Shown here: in pieces, positions 17,955 through 26,742 of the stretch
How the letters are laid out: each line of letters begins with the position of its first letter
How positions within the stretch are numbered: position 1 is the stretch's first letter
Virus record (IMG/VR): IMGVR_UViG_3300030331_001136
Location: 1-31,581 of that record
DNA length: 31,581 nucleotides
Strand: one strand, 5' to 3'
From: a virus
Lineage: Duplodnaviria; Caudoviricetes
The notes under the pieces: generated by a model
What the model was told of the DNA's origin: nothing
What the model saw: the letters and a program-made list of their open reading frames with translations, nothing else
Databases searched by the model: none
Translations under genes and position numbers: made by a program

Positions 17955-18125
17955 TTATCTTGCCTGTGCCAATCTCATTTCTCGTTCTCTTTCTTCGTTT
18001 TGAATTTCATAATATGCTATCCACATATAAAATTCACTTACTGGCATTTGCAAGATTTCGGAAACTGTTTTATGTAATCTTTCGGCTAAACTAAAAATAT
18101 TGTGAAGTTCATTATCGTTCTTCAG
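17955..18125 (-). CDS. -1 frame extension of the tail assembly chaperone (gpT-like)
   Basis: After A AAA AAC: LKNDNELHNIFSLAERLHKTVSEILQMPVSEFYMWIAYYEIQNEEREREMRLAQAR*, stopping at the tape measure ATG. Confidence 0.85.
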   Translation of the reverse strand: MKNDNELHNIFSLAERLHKTVSEILQMPVSEFYMWIAYYEIQNEEREREMRLAQAR

Positions 18126-18475
18126 TTTTTTTTATAGTCATCAACATCGGTGTTTCCTGTTCCCATTATTTTGGTAGCAACTTCTGCAATAATGTTTGTG
18201 TCTGCTTTTTTCTTAAAACTTAAAGCATCACTTGCATTAAACATTAACTCACCATCTTTTGTTAAAGCCTTTGTAATAATTACATCAATCAAAACTAACA
18301 AATCAGTATTAGTCGCACCTTTAAACAATTTTTGCTTTTCCATCATGTTAAAAGGTTTGGTATGGATAGCCATATCACCTACCAAGCCCCATTCGGGTAC
18401 TTCTATAATTTGTGTTTCTAGGCTATTAAAATGGTCACGAACACCACTAAAATAATCAATCTTGTTATCTGCCAT
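18122..18475 (-). CDS. Tail assembly chaperone (gpG-like)
   Basis: Between tail tube and tape measure; IEVPEWG motif; ends YKKN at a slippery site. Confidence 0.85.
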   Translation of the reverse strand: MADNKIDYFSGVRDHFNSLETQIIEVPEWGLVGDMAIHTKPFNMMEKQKLFKGATNTDLLVLIDVIITKALTKDGELMFNASDALSFKKKADTNIIAEVATKIMGTGNTDVDDYKKN

Positions 18476-18489
18476 GTTTAACTCTTAAA

Positions 18490-18876
18490 TTAAACTGTGC
18501 CGATTGTAAGACCACCCGTGCCTTGAATATTAACAGTTCTAGTTATTACACCATCTAAAGGTACACCAACTGACATTCCAGTTACGATACCTGTGCCACT
18601 AAATTTTCTATCGCCACTTTCATTGCCTTCGGGCAAAAATGCAAATGTTAATTCAGAACCCTGTACCATTGTTGTCTGACCAGTATCGGTTTCATCAAAA
18701 TTCATTTCAATCGTGGCGGTAAATGTACCCCTTCCGACTAAAAAAGATTTCATTGAATTACCTAATGCGGTATCTTCAACAACATCGTGTGTAGTATCAA
18801 CTGTAAATCCAGTTGCATTGCCAAGTGTCGTTCCACCAATAGTAACAACACCCTCTTTTCCGTGATGTGTAGCCAT
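18490..18876 (-). CDS. Major tail tube protein
   Basis: GKEGVV, EDTALG, PEGN.SGD and FSGTGIVT...QGTG motifs; strong AAGGAG RBS. Confidence 0.85.
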   Translation of the reverse strand: MATHHGKEGVVTIGGTTLGNATGFTVDTTHDVVEDTALGNSMKSFLVGRGTFTATIEMNFDETDTGQTTMVQGSELTFAFLPEGNESGDRKFSGTGIVTGMSVGVPLDGVITRTVNIQGTGGLTIGTV

Positions 18877-18879
18877 GCT

Positions 18880-19035
18880 TTACTCCTTTTCTTCTTCTTT
18901 TGGTTTTAACATTTTTTCGGATTTCTTTGAAGTATTATTTTGTTCTTTGTACCCAAGATTTTTAAAATGTTCTATGTGGTCTTCTGAACAACGAATAATC
19001 ATGTCATCTTTTGACATTGTGATTTGTTTTGCCAT
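18880..19035 (-). CDS. Hypothetical protein (51 aa, not in ORF track)
   Basis: MAKQITMSKDDMIIRCSEDHIEHFKNLGYKEQ...; GGGAG RBS, TAATG coupling. Confidence 0.7.
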   Translation of the reverse strand: MAKQITMSKDDMIIRCSEDHIEHFKNLGYKEQNNTSKKSEKMLKPKEEEKE

Positions 19036-19478
19036 TATGCACTCCCTCTTGTAAATTCATATATTACTCTAACAGTTATTCTTACCCCGCCATAGGGATA
19101 AATTGTTCCTTCGTCTGTTGTTGCTTCAATAATCTGTGTATCAATAGCGTTTCCGTTTCTTGTTACATCATTATCAAGTGTTTCTTCAATAACTTCAATA
19201 ATTTGGTTTCTAACTGTATCAATATTGCTTGTTGTGCCTTTACCAAAAGCAACAATCAAAAAATCAAGTGTACCCCTGTAAGTTCCAGCACCCGTATCAC
19301 CTATGCTTGACACTTCCCTTGTTTCGTCACCCGATTGAACAAACAATGCTGGAAATTGTGCATCACTTAATTCTTCGACTTCAAAAGGTTCTCTTGTAAT
19401 CTTTTTAAACTCGATAGGGCTTGTAACTGAATCAAGTTTTGTAATTATATCACCAGCTATGTTTTCTCTTTTGCTCAT
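19035..19478 (-). CDS. Tail terminator / completion protein
   Basis: MSKRENI start, acidic, FPAL motif, upstream of the tube gene. Confidence 0.7.
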   Translation of the reverse strand: MSKRENIAGDIITKLDSVTSPIEFKKITREPFEVEELSDAQFPALFVQSGDETREVSSIGDTGAGTYRGTLDFLIVAFGKGTTSNIDTVRNQIIEVIEETLDNDVTRNGNAIDTQIIEATTDEGTIYPYGGVRITVRVIYEFTRGSA

Positions 19479-19942
19479 AATCTCATTTCTTTAAAATAAA
19501 ACTTTGAAAATTCAGATTTAATTTTGAGTTCTTCTTTATCTCCAATAGAAAAAAATGGTCGTGTAATTTTTCTTTTTCCAACACCGAAAGTATCGTGATA
19601 AGAAGCTATTTTTGCTCTTTCCATATTTGAAAAAAACAATGTGCTTTTAAATCCTCTTGTTCTGAAATCTAAACTGCGAAACATTTTGCCCGTGTCTGTA
19701 AGGTCAACAAAACCTGTTTGTCTACCCCGCTTTTTTCGGCTTCTGACAGTACTTTTTGCATATGACCGCATTTGACCACCATCGGGTAGTTTTCCAGCCT
19801 GTGTACGCTTCGTAATCATCATTACAGCCATGTTTGAAACTCTATTAAGTGATTTAGTAATAACAGCCCTTTGTTTTCTACCAATTCTTTTTAAAAGGTT
19901 TGTTACCTCTATCGTGTTCACTTTGGCTTGTGCTTGTATCAT
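19475..19942 (-). CDS. Neck / virion morphogenesis protein
   Basis: Basic; LTDTGKM, YH..G and RPFF motifs. Confidence 0.7.
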   Translation of the reverse strand: MIQAQAKVNTIEVTNLLKRIGRKQRAVITKSLNRVSNMAVMMITKRTQAGKLPDGGQMRSYAKSTVRSRKKRGRQTGFVDLTDTGKMFRSLDFRTRGFKSTLFFSNMERAKIASYHDTFGVGKRKITRPFFSIGDKEELKIKSEFSKFYFKEMRL

Positions 19943-20415
19943 CTAACTAATCGTAAATGATGAATTGGTTCTTTTTCACTATCACTTACAGTTCCACCAC
20001 CATCTTCATCATATTCTACACCATCTCGAAGAATATCATTAAATTCTTCATCATATCTATCCCGATAAAAATCTATCTGAACTTGAAATGTGTCTTTTCC
20101 CTCGCCTGTGTCGGGGTCTCGCCATTTTGTTAGTTGTGGATAAACATATTTCCATAATGCCAAATAAACAACTGCTAATTCAAATTGTGCGGGTGTAAGT
20201 TTACTATTTTCCATTTCAACAGATGTTACTTTAGTAATATCCTTGTAACGAACTGTGTGTCTGTATCTTTCCCACCATTCTTCCCTAATTCGCCTTATAA
20301 CATCATTCTCAGCAAATTGTATTTGGTCAACAAAAGTTGTTATTCCAAATTCTAAAATATCGGGCTGTATCTTTTGCAGATGTGTATTTTGGACACTAAA
20401 AACTGTTGAGGACAT
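19939..20415 (-). CDS. Head-tail adaptor
   Basis: Position after the capsid gene, helical acidic profile; function inferred from synteny. Confidence 0.6.
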   Translation of the reverse strand: MSSTVFSVQNTHLQKIQPDILEFGITTFVDQIQFAENDVIRRIREEWWERYRHTVRYKDITKVTSVEMENSKLTPAQFELAVVYLALWKYVYPQLTKWRDPDTGEGKDTFQVQIDFYRDRYDEEFNDILRDGVEYDEDGGGTVSDSEKEPIHHLRLVR

Positions 20416-20603
20416 TATTTATCCTTTTTAGCTGGTTTCGGGGCTGGTTTTTCCTCAATAATAGTTTGGTCTTTTGGCGGGGCTTTTGGCTTGCCTTCGT
20501 CTAGCTTCCAACCCCTTCTTGTCCATATATCAATATTGTTTTCATAATCAACTTTAGGTCTTTCGATAACTCTATCGCCTTTTGTAAGTTTTACCTTATC
20601 CAT
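20415..20603 (-). CDS. Hypothetical protein (62 aa)
   Basis: AAGGGA RBS; Pro/Lys-rich tail. Confidence 0.7.
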   Translation of the reverse strand: MDKVKLTKGDRVIERPKVDYENNIDIWTRRGWKLDEGKPKAPPKDQTIIEEKPAPKPAKKDK

Positions 20604-20619
20604 AATCTTTCCCTTAATG

Positions 20620-20641
20620 AAAAGGGGTGGAAAACCACCCC
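20620..20641 (-). terminator. Rho-independent terminator after the major capsid gene
   Basis: GGGGTGG-TTTT-CCACCCC followed by TTTT on the minus strand. Confidence 0.8.
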
Positions 20642-20648
20642 ATAAGTT

Positions 20649-21488
20649 TTAACTTGCAACTGAGTCTGCTGTTAATTTAACACCATATGTATCGTGTAAC
20701 TCACCGACACCATAAACTGCTGTTGCAACGATTTCGTCTGCTCTTAATGAAGCATCTCTTTGACTTTCAATCTTTAGGTCTTGCATCATTGCTAAAGCTA
20801 AAGCATCTTGGGAAAATACTCCACCAATACTATCGTCTGAACCATCAACAGAAATATTACTTGATTCAAAAATTTGAATACCAGCAATCTGACCAACTAA
20901 ACCATTTCTCATAGCTTCGTTTGATAATTCTGTATTTAAACCAGCAAATGTATTTGTTAAAGACTTCTTAACATTGAATATTTGCTTCGGGTGAAATACA
21001 CCATAATAAGGGGCTGGGGCATTATTTGTCATAAGTTCTGCACTTGCTTCAAATAAGTCTTGAACTGTAAGTTCTTGACCAGCACCACCCGCTTTTTCTG
21101 TAGAAAAGCCAGTAAATAATGCTGATAAATCACCATCTATCTTTTTTGCAATAGCTTCCCCAAATAATCTTCCAATATCTCCAGCTACATTTCTTGAAGC
21201 TGAATTTCTTGCAAGGTCTGTTAATGTTGTCATAATTCCAACCTCTGAAGCTGTTATAGTAACTGATGTTGGATTTACTGCTGTATTGCTTAAATCAGTA
21301 GCTTCGTTTACTGCTGACGCTGATACCGCTGAATAAATTGGAACTTCAACTGATTTACCACCACCCGCAATAGTGTAGTTTCTGACAAGATTTCGCATTA
21401 TTGATTGCTCATTAGCAACGAACAATGCTTCTGCAACTATCTCAGTATATAATTCTGAAATGGTTGAACTGGTTGTTTCGTTAGCCAT
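20649..21488 (-). CDS. Major capsid protein (HK97 fold)
   Basis: Follows the scaffold gene; SVEVP, AIAKKID, HPKQ, GQIAGIQIFESSN and YGVGEL motifs; strong RBS and terminator. Confidence 0.9.
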   Translation of the reverse strand: MANETTSSTISELYTEIVAEALFVANEQSIMRNLVRNYTIAGGGKSVEVPIYSAVSASAVNEATDLSNTAVNPTSVTITASEVGIMTTLTDLARNSASRNVAGDIGRLFGEAIAKKIDGDLSALFTGFSTEKAGGAGQELTVQDLFEASAELMTNNAPAPYYGVFHPKQIFNVKKSLTNTFAGLNTELSNEAMRNGLVGQIAGIQIFESSNISVDGSDDSIGGVFSQDALALAMMQDLKIESQRDASLRADEIVATAVYGVGELHDTYGVKLTADSVAS

Positions 21489-21515
21489 ATATACTCCTTT
21501 AAAAAAATAGCTATA

Positions 21516-22229
21516 TTATTTTAAACTGTTTATCACTCTAGGTTTTGAATCTCTTTCCTTCTTATACTTGCGGTATAAATCTCGGTGTTCTTTTATGCTA
21601 AAGTCATAGTCCTCATAATTAAAGGCTTTTTTGAGTTCTTGCCTGTCCACATTTGACCTTGTGCCACTACCGCTAGGGGTTGGTGATACAAAGTGCGGGT
21701 TCTGTGTCAAAAACTCTTGAACCAGTTCATCGGTTGTAAAGAGTTCCCCATTATTGTTATATCTTGGTAAACCTTTTGAATCAAGTATTTCAACATTTCC
21801 AGTTTCATTTAGTTTGATTTGATTTTGTAAAAGTGAAACTACTTGGTCGGGGTTTATTGCTCTGCCTTTTGAAGCAGATGATAACAATGCTTTATTAATC
21901 TTTATATCTCTTAATTGATTTTGTAATTCTTCTTTTTCCCTGTTAAACTCTTGGGTTTTGTTTTTTATGATTTCTTCAAACTCGCCTTTTTGAATTTTTT
22001 GTTTTTCTGCTAATTCTTTTTGTTGTTTTACAGCTAATACAGCTTCATCAAAGTCTTTTACACCTAACCTTTTATTTAAGGCACTTCTATCCCTAGCCAC
22101 TCGGTTTGTAATAATCTCTTGCATTTCTGCTTCTGTAAACATTCTTTCTTTTGGCTTTTCTTCAGTAACTTCGGGCTGTGTAACCTGTTCCTGTTCTTCT
22201 GTTTGTTCTACTTTATTTTCTTCTGACAT
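21516..22229 (-). CDS. Capsid scaffolding protein
   Basis: Acidic N-terminus, FTEAEM, coiled coil, NPHFV...SGSG; GGAGG RBS. Confidence 0.85.
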   Translation of the reverse strand: MSEENKVEQTEEQEQVTQPEVTEEKPKERMFTEAEMQEIITNRVARDRSALNKRLGVKDFDEAVLAVKQQKELAEKQKIQKGEFEEIIKNKTQEFNREKEELQNQLRDIKINKALLSSASKGRAINPDQVVSLLQNQIKLNETGNVEILDSKGLPRYNNNGELFTTDELVQEFLTQNPHFVSPTPSGSGTRSNVDRQELKKAFNYEDYDFSIKEHRDLYRKYKKERDSKPRVINSLK

Positions 22230-22249
22230 TTATGTCCTCCATTTTACTA

Positions 22250-22278
22250 TTTATATCAAATTTATTGAATTTTTTCAA
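22250..22278 (-). promoter_or_regulatory. Putative promoter for scaffold-capsid genes
   Basis: TTGAAA (22278-22273), 17-nt spacer ending TGA, TATAAA (22255-22250); AT-rich context lowers specificity. Confidence 0.5.
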
Positions 22279-22463
22279 ATCTTTACATCTTCTTTTGGTG
22301 TTATTTCAATTTGTGATATTATTTCTTCGATATCATTGATGATTGTATTCTCTTTCAAACTTAAATCCACATACAATTCTCTAATTTGTGCAATATCTTC
22401 TTTAGAAAGATTTTCGCCTTTTTCTTGTAAAATTTCTGTTATTTTTTCAAGGGATTTTGTCAT
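22275..22463 (-). CDS. Small acidic protein, candidate immunity partner
   Basis: 62 aa; overlaps the 3' end of the MuF-peptidase gene. Confidence 0.55.
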   Translation of the reverse strand: MTKSLEKITEILQEKGENLSKEDIAQIRELYVDLSLKENTIINDIEEIISQIEITPKEDVKI

Positions 22464-24444
22464 CTTTTATTTCCTGTAGTAATTTCAAAAATTCGGGGGC
22501 TACTAAATCTTCTTTACCTCTATAATAAAGTGAAAAGTTTTCAACAAACCATTCTTTAGTGTTAGTTGTTCCATAACCCGATGGGCTGTGTTCTTTAATG
22601 TTTTTAACTTTATTTAGTCTTTTTTCTAATGGTCTTTCGACTTGTGTCCATTCGGGTTCAAGCCCACTAGCGGGGTTTACCCTAATATCTCTAATTTTGT
22701 ATTGCTGATGAACATGATGTCCTATTTCATGGTAAAATGTAGCTCTAAACTGGTCTAAATTATTATCTTCAAATGCTTTTGCTGAAAAAGGTCTATTTTT
22801 TAAATTATCACCTCTTTTCCAATTAGATTTCTCGGTATAAAGTGATGAAGTTGATAATTTATTCAGTTCATTATATTTTTCTTTAACTTTAGTTTTCTTT
22901 TTTAATAATTGTTGTACTGCTCTTAGTTGAACTAAACTTATGTTTGTGTTTCTTCTAAATTCAAAATACGTTTCTGCCCCAACTTCATTATAAATTTTAT
23001 CTAATTGCATTGCTAATTTTACGTCTTCATCTAAAAGTTTATCTAATTGTTGTTCAATTTTTTTGTTTCTAGCTTCCTTTACAAATTTACTTCCAATATT
23101 TTTAGAAGTTGCCTTTGCAAATTGAACTTGTATACCCATTGTTCCATCGCCCATATTAGCTAAAAAAGAACTCTCATTTTTTGAACCTCTAATTCCTCTA
23201 ATCATAGGCACATTAAATTTTTTACATAATTGTTCTGCTTCGGGCATCAAAGCCAATATCATAGACAAACTATCATCATCTAATTTTGAACCCGCTAAAG
23301 TTCCAAAGTCTGAAACTTTTTGTCTTGTGTAATGAACTTTATTTTTATTTAAATATCTGTCATCTTTACTAGCATCATTAAAAATTTTATTTAGTCTTTT
23401 TGTAGCTTCATTTGCAGAAACTATTTTAATTGTTTGTTCTGTAACACCTTCACGATTGATAGGTTGAAATATGTCTGTTTCGTCAACAACTGGCGGGGGT
23501 GTTGTCGGTTGTACTGGTGTTTCTTCGGGTACTTCATCTGCTTCTTCGCCCCATGCTGGGTCTGTTGGTAGCCAAGTATGTCTGCATCTATAACCACCCC
23601 TTACAATAAAAGGGTCACCAGTTGATTTACCTTGCCAAGACCTTCTGTTCCACATTTCTCGTATTTGTTCTTCTGTGAGTGTCCTGTTAAGCATACCAAC
23701 ACAAAATTCTCTACTATCTCGAACTAAAGTTCCTGTATAGGTAAAATGAGTAAGCCCAGCTTCTTTTGCTTTTGCAACTGTAAATTGTCCGTGAAACTGC
23801 ATTACAGAATCATGGGCTATTTGACTTGCATATCTTCTTAGATTGTTTCCAGCCCTATCACTTGCATATTGTGTGTGTAATTTTCTGACCGCTTCTTCTA
23901 CCTGTGCTTTTTTTGCATTATCAAATTTATTTTCATTTATAAAATCTACCAGTTCATTTATTTCTGCACTATTTGACGATTTATAAACCCCGTTGATATG
24001 TGACCTTATATTGCTGACCATATCTTCAAAAGGTCTACCAGCTATTGTACTTTGGTAAACTTCATCATTAATAACCTTGAGAAATCTTTCCGCAATGTCT
24101 TCAAATCCGCTAAATGATTGATATTTAAGGGCATTTATGGTTCTAAGGTCAACTTCTGTAAGACTTTTGAATTTACTTGGGATTGGCATTTCACCAAATC
24201 TATCTAATACTTCTTTTGCTATCTTGTTATATTCTTGATTTATAATTGTGTCTGCTTCATCTAAAAAACTTTCATCAATTAGTTTTTTTATAGCTGGTCG
24301 TAATTGAATAGCTAGTCTTTGTGAAACCAGTTGCCCTTTTGTTGCTCTTGTAACTTCTTTGACAACATCTTCTTCAAGTTTGTATAGAACATTTATTATT
24401 CTTTCTTCATGCTGGTCTGCTAGTTTTTCTAAAATTTTTGACAT
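22447..24444 (-). CDS. MuF / SPP1 gp7-like minor head protein with C-terminal HExxH metallopeptidase-like domain
   Basis: DSREFC...GGYRCRHTW MuF signature, Pro/Glu linker, then FYHEIGHHVH...SGYGTTNTKEWFVE. Confidence 0.85.
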   Translation of the reverse strand: MSKILEKLADQHEERIINVLYKLEEDVVKEVTRATKGQLVSQRLAIQLRPAIKKLIDESFLDEADTIINQEYNKIAKEVLDRFGEMPIPSKFKSLTEVDLRTINALKYQSFSGFEDIAERFLKVINDEVYQSTIAGRPFEDMVSNIRSHINGVYKSSNSAEINELVDFINENKFDNAKKAQVEEAVRKLHTQYASDRAGNNLRRYASQIAHDSVMQFHGQFTVAKAKEAGLTHFTYTGTLVRDSREFCVGMLNRTLTEEQIREMWNRRSWQGKSTGDPFIVRGGYRCRHTWLPTDPAWGEEADEVPEETPVQPTTPPPVVDETDIFQPINREGVTEQTIKIVSANEATKRLNKIFNDASKDDRYLNKNKVHYTRQKVSDFGTLAGSKLDDDSLSMILALMPEAEQLCKKFNVPMIRGIRGSKNESSFLANMGDGTMGIQVQFAKATSKNIGSKFVKEARNKKIEQQLDKLLDEDVKLAMQLDKIYNEVGAETYFEFRRNTNISLVQLRAVQQLLKKKTKVKEKYNELNKLSTSSLYTEKSNWKRGDNLKNRPFSAKAFEDNNLDQFRATFYHEIGHHVHQQYKIRDIRVNPASGLEPEWTQVERPLEKRLNKVKNIKEHSPSGYGTTNTKEWFVENFSLYYRGKEDLVAPEFLKLLQEIKDDKIP

Positions 24445-24447
24445 GAA

Positions 24448-24735
24448 TTATAATGTGGAACTTTTTTTCCATGCCCTAATAGACCAATAGGCGGGGGATA
24501 AAGATTTCTGACCTTTGACCTTTTTTAAAACTCCGCCCATTCTAGCCAAAAAAGATTTCTGCCTTGATGGTATATTCTTTTTAATGGACATACCCCTTGC
24601 ACCATAAGTAACTTTCTTAATTTTACCTGTTGCCCTATTTCTGACATAAACACCAAACTTTTTATTTTTAGATTCACTTGCTGACAATCTAAAAGGTTTA
24701 TTTAATGTCACTTTTCGTCCTTGATATTCAGCCAT
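24448..24735 (-). CDS. Basic conserved-looking phage protein
   Basis: KKFGVYV...KKVTYG...KSFLARM...SPAYWS; highly basic. Confidence 0.75.
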   Translation of the reverse strand: MAEYQGRKVTLNKPFRLSASESKNKKFGVYVRNRATGKIKKVTYGARGMSIKKNIPSRQKSFLARMGGVLKKVKGQKSLSPAYWSIRAWKKSSTL

Positions 24736-24886
24736 TATCTTTCCCTAAGTCATTGTTTTTATTGAGTTTTTTCCAGGATAAATCTTTCAATCTTTCGTTA
24801 ATTATTGTCTTACACATTGGACATTTCCACACACTTTTTATCACTTCTTTCAAAGCAACTTTGCACCTAATACAAAGTTTGACCAA
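24728..24886 (-). CDS. Zn-ribbon microprotein (52 aa, TTG start, not in ORF track)
   Basis: MVKLCIRCKVALKEVIKSVWKCPMCKTIINERLKDLSWKKLNKNNDLGKDNG*. Confidence 0.65.
   Translation of the reverse strand: MVKLCIRCKVALKEVIKSVWKCPMCKTIINERLKDLSWKKLNKNNDLGKDNG
24746..24780 (+). promoter_or_regulatory. IHF-box + TTCCWGGATA module, copy B
   Basis: taagtcattgtttttattgagttttttccaggata; one mismatch to the IHF consensus. Confidence 0.7.
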
Positions 24887-24888
24887 AT

Positions 24889-25152
24889 TTATTTCTTTTT
24901 CCTTTTAGTAGCAGAACGAATAATCTCTTTATCAAATGTTGCCCTTCTACCCAGTTTAATTAGTTTGTTTACCCTTGCCATAGCCCAAGCCGACATAGGA
25001 ATTCTAGGTCTGCTTCCAGCACTTAAAAAAGCACCTTGCCCTTTTCTGTAACTTCTTTTTAAATCGGTTAAATTAAATAATTTAGATTTCTTTGCTTTTG
25101 CCTTTAATGTTGCAACTACTTTTGCTGATAAAGGTTTTCTTCTTACTGCCAT
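24889..25152 (-). CDS. Basic protein (DUF5824-like by recollection)
   Basis: YRKGQGAF..GSRP....AWAMARV motif. Confidence 0.7.
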   Translation of the reverse strand: MAVRRKPLSAKVVATLKAKAKKSKLFNLTDLKRSYRKGQGAFLSAGSRPRIPMSAWAMARVNKLIKLGRRATFDKEIIRSATKRKKK

Positions 25153-25343
25153 TATGACCTGTTCCTTCGCTGTAATAAAGTTCTAGGTATTCTTAAACCA
25201 GCACGATATAAAGCACTTACCTGTTTAATTAAACTAGCCCTAGCCTTTCTTTTTGCACCCTTTAAACCAGCAAGATATTTCTTAGGTATCTTTGTTTCTT
25301 TGTCTTTGGGTACTCGTCTAACTTTCCGCTTTTTCTTCGCCAA
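25152..25343 (-). CDS. Small Arg/Lys-rich protein
   Basis: PKKYLAGL motif; TTG start overlapping the portal end. Confidence 0.7.
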   Translation of the reverse strand: MAKKKRKVRRVPKDKETKIPKKYLAGLKGAKRKARASLIKQVSALYRAGLRIPRTLLQRRNRS

Positions 25344-26742
25344 CTGTTTGACCTTCTACTTCTGTTGTTTGAAACTGCCCTCTTACTGCTCTTGTTGCAT
25401 CAATCTCATCATTAATAGTTCTAATTGTTTCACTATCATCAATGACCGCTTCTGCAATTTGCTTATCAAGTTCTTTATTAAATGTTTCTGATTTAATGCC
25501 ACTAGCTTTTGCCATTTGTAAATATTGTAAATCATTAGCCCAATCACGAATATCAAATGTATCGGGATAATTTACTTGACCATTCCATTGTTTATCTTGC
25601 CATGTAGCAAATAATGACCATATCTGCATTTCTGCATTTTCTAAATAATCTGCTTTTTCTGATAATCGTGCATTTAAAAGCTGAAATTCTGTTTGTAAGG
25701 CTATACCACTAGCAATCTGTTGTCCTGTAGCCCTCACACTCCCCATGTGTGTAATGCGGTCTATGGCATCAACTTTCATTTGTATACATTTCATTATTCC
25801 GTCTAAGTTTTGACCGCTAGGCTGGATAATATAAGGCTTTAAACTAGCTTCTAAATCTTCGGGTATTTCGATAATAGAACCAGCACCCGCACTTGCTTCG
25901 ACATTCGGTGTTTTAACTAAACTTGGGTGATTTGATAATCTGATTAACTGCTCTTTCTCGGAATAATCATTATAAATAGATTGCTGTAAATAAGCGACAT
26001 CTGCTAAATCACTTATCCCGATAGGTCTTTTATGTCCTCTGAGGTTATAGACATTTACTGCTGGAATTCTGCCTATCGGGTTTGCAATTTCTTCAATAAG
26101 TGTTGCACTACCTTCTTCATACTCTTTTTCGTATTCTTCAACTTCGTATGTACTTATTAATTCTTCTGTAAATACTTTGACGATTGCCCGTTCTGCATTT
26201 ATATCTTCAATGACAACTAAATAATCTAAATAAAACCTACCGCTTGAAGCCCTTGCATAATTCCAATCGACAACATTTTCGGGGGTAAGAATAGAAATAT
26301 ATGGTCGAATATCCTGTGCTAATTCTTCTGCTCTAGTCTTTGTTACAGTTTGTGGCTTATCGACAATAACCCAACAATTACCATAAATACTAGCGTTCAT
26401 TTGAACTTCCCGCATAACAGTATTAAAATTTCTTCCGTCTAAATCTGCATCATCTAAAAAAGATAACAATGATTCATCACCATCTAAATCGCCATAATCT
26501 CGTGTTGGCGGTACTCTCCAAAGAAAGCTAGTGTATATCTGAACAACATTTTTACAATGATTATCAACAGGTGTATGTTTTACCCTTGCATCATATTCTT
26601 CGGGGCTTTCTAAAATATATCTGTTTAAATACATTCCATTTTTGTAATCATTACCGCCTAAATAACTTCTTATGTAAAATTCCCAATTTGCTATATTGGC
26701 TTCCCATAATTCATGTTTTTGCTGTAATTGTTTTCTGTTCAT
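25318..26742 (-). CDS. Portal protein
   Basis: Follows terL with TAATG; DADLDG, YGNCWVIVD and SGIAL motifs; size fits. Confidence 0.9.
   Translation of the reverse strand: MNRKQLQQKHELWEANIANWEFYIRSYLGGNDYKNGMYLNRYILESPEEYDARVKHTPVDNHCKNVVQIYTSFLWRVPPTRDYGDLDGDESLLSFLDDADLDGRNFNTVMREVQMNASIYGNCWVIVDKPQTVTKTRAEELAQDIRPYISILTPENVVDWNYARASSGRFYLDYLVVIEDINAERAIVKVFTEELISTYEVEEYEKEYEEGSATLIEEIANPIGRIPAVNVYNLRGHKRPIGISDLADVAYLQQSIYNDYSEKEQLIRLSNHPSLVKTPNVEASAGAGSIIEIPEDLEASLKPYIIQPSGQNLDGIMKCIQMKVDAIDRITHMGSVRATGQQIASGIALQTEFQLLNARLSEKADYLENAEMQIWSLFATWQDKQWNGQVNYPDTFDIRDWANDLQYLQMAKASGIKSETFNKELDKQIAEAVIDDSETIRTINDEIDATRAVRGQFQTTEVEGQTVGEEKAES

Noticed and set aside
22248-22255. T4-type late promoter TATAAATA
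   Set aside because: No gp55-like sigma factor is encoded; a sigma70 -10 element explains it.
5721-24780. The three modules as promoters or phage recombinase sites
   Set aside because: Two of the three are in the opposite orientation to the third relative to transcription, no recombinase is encoded, and recombination between them would disrupt the structural operon.
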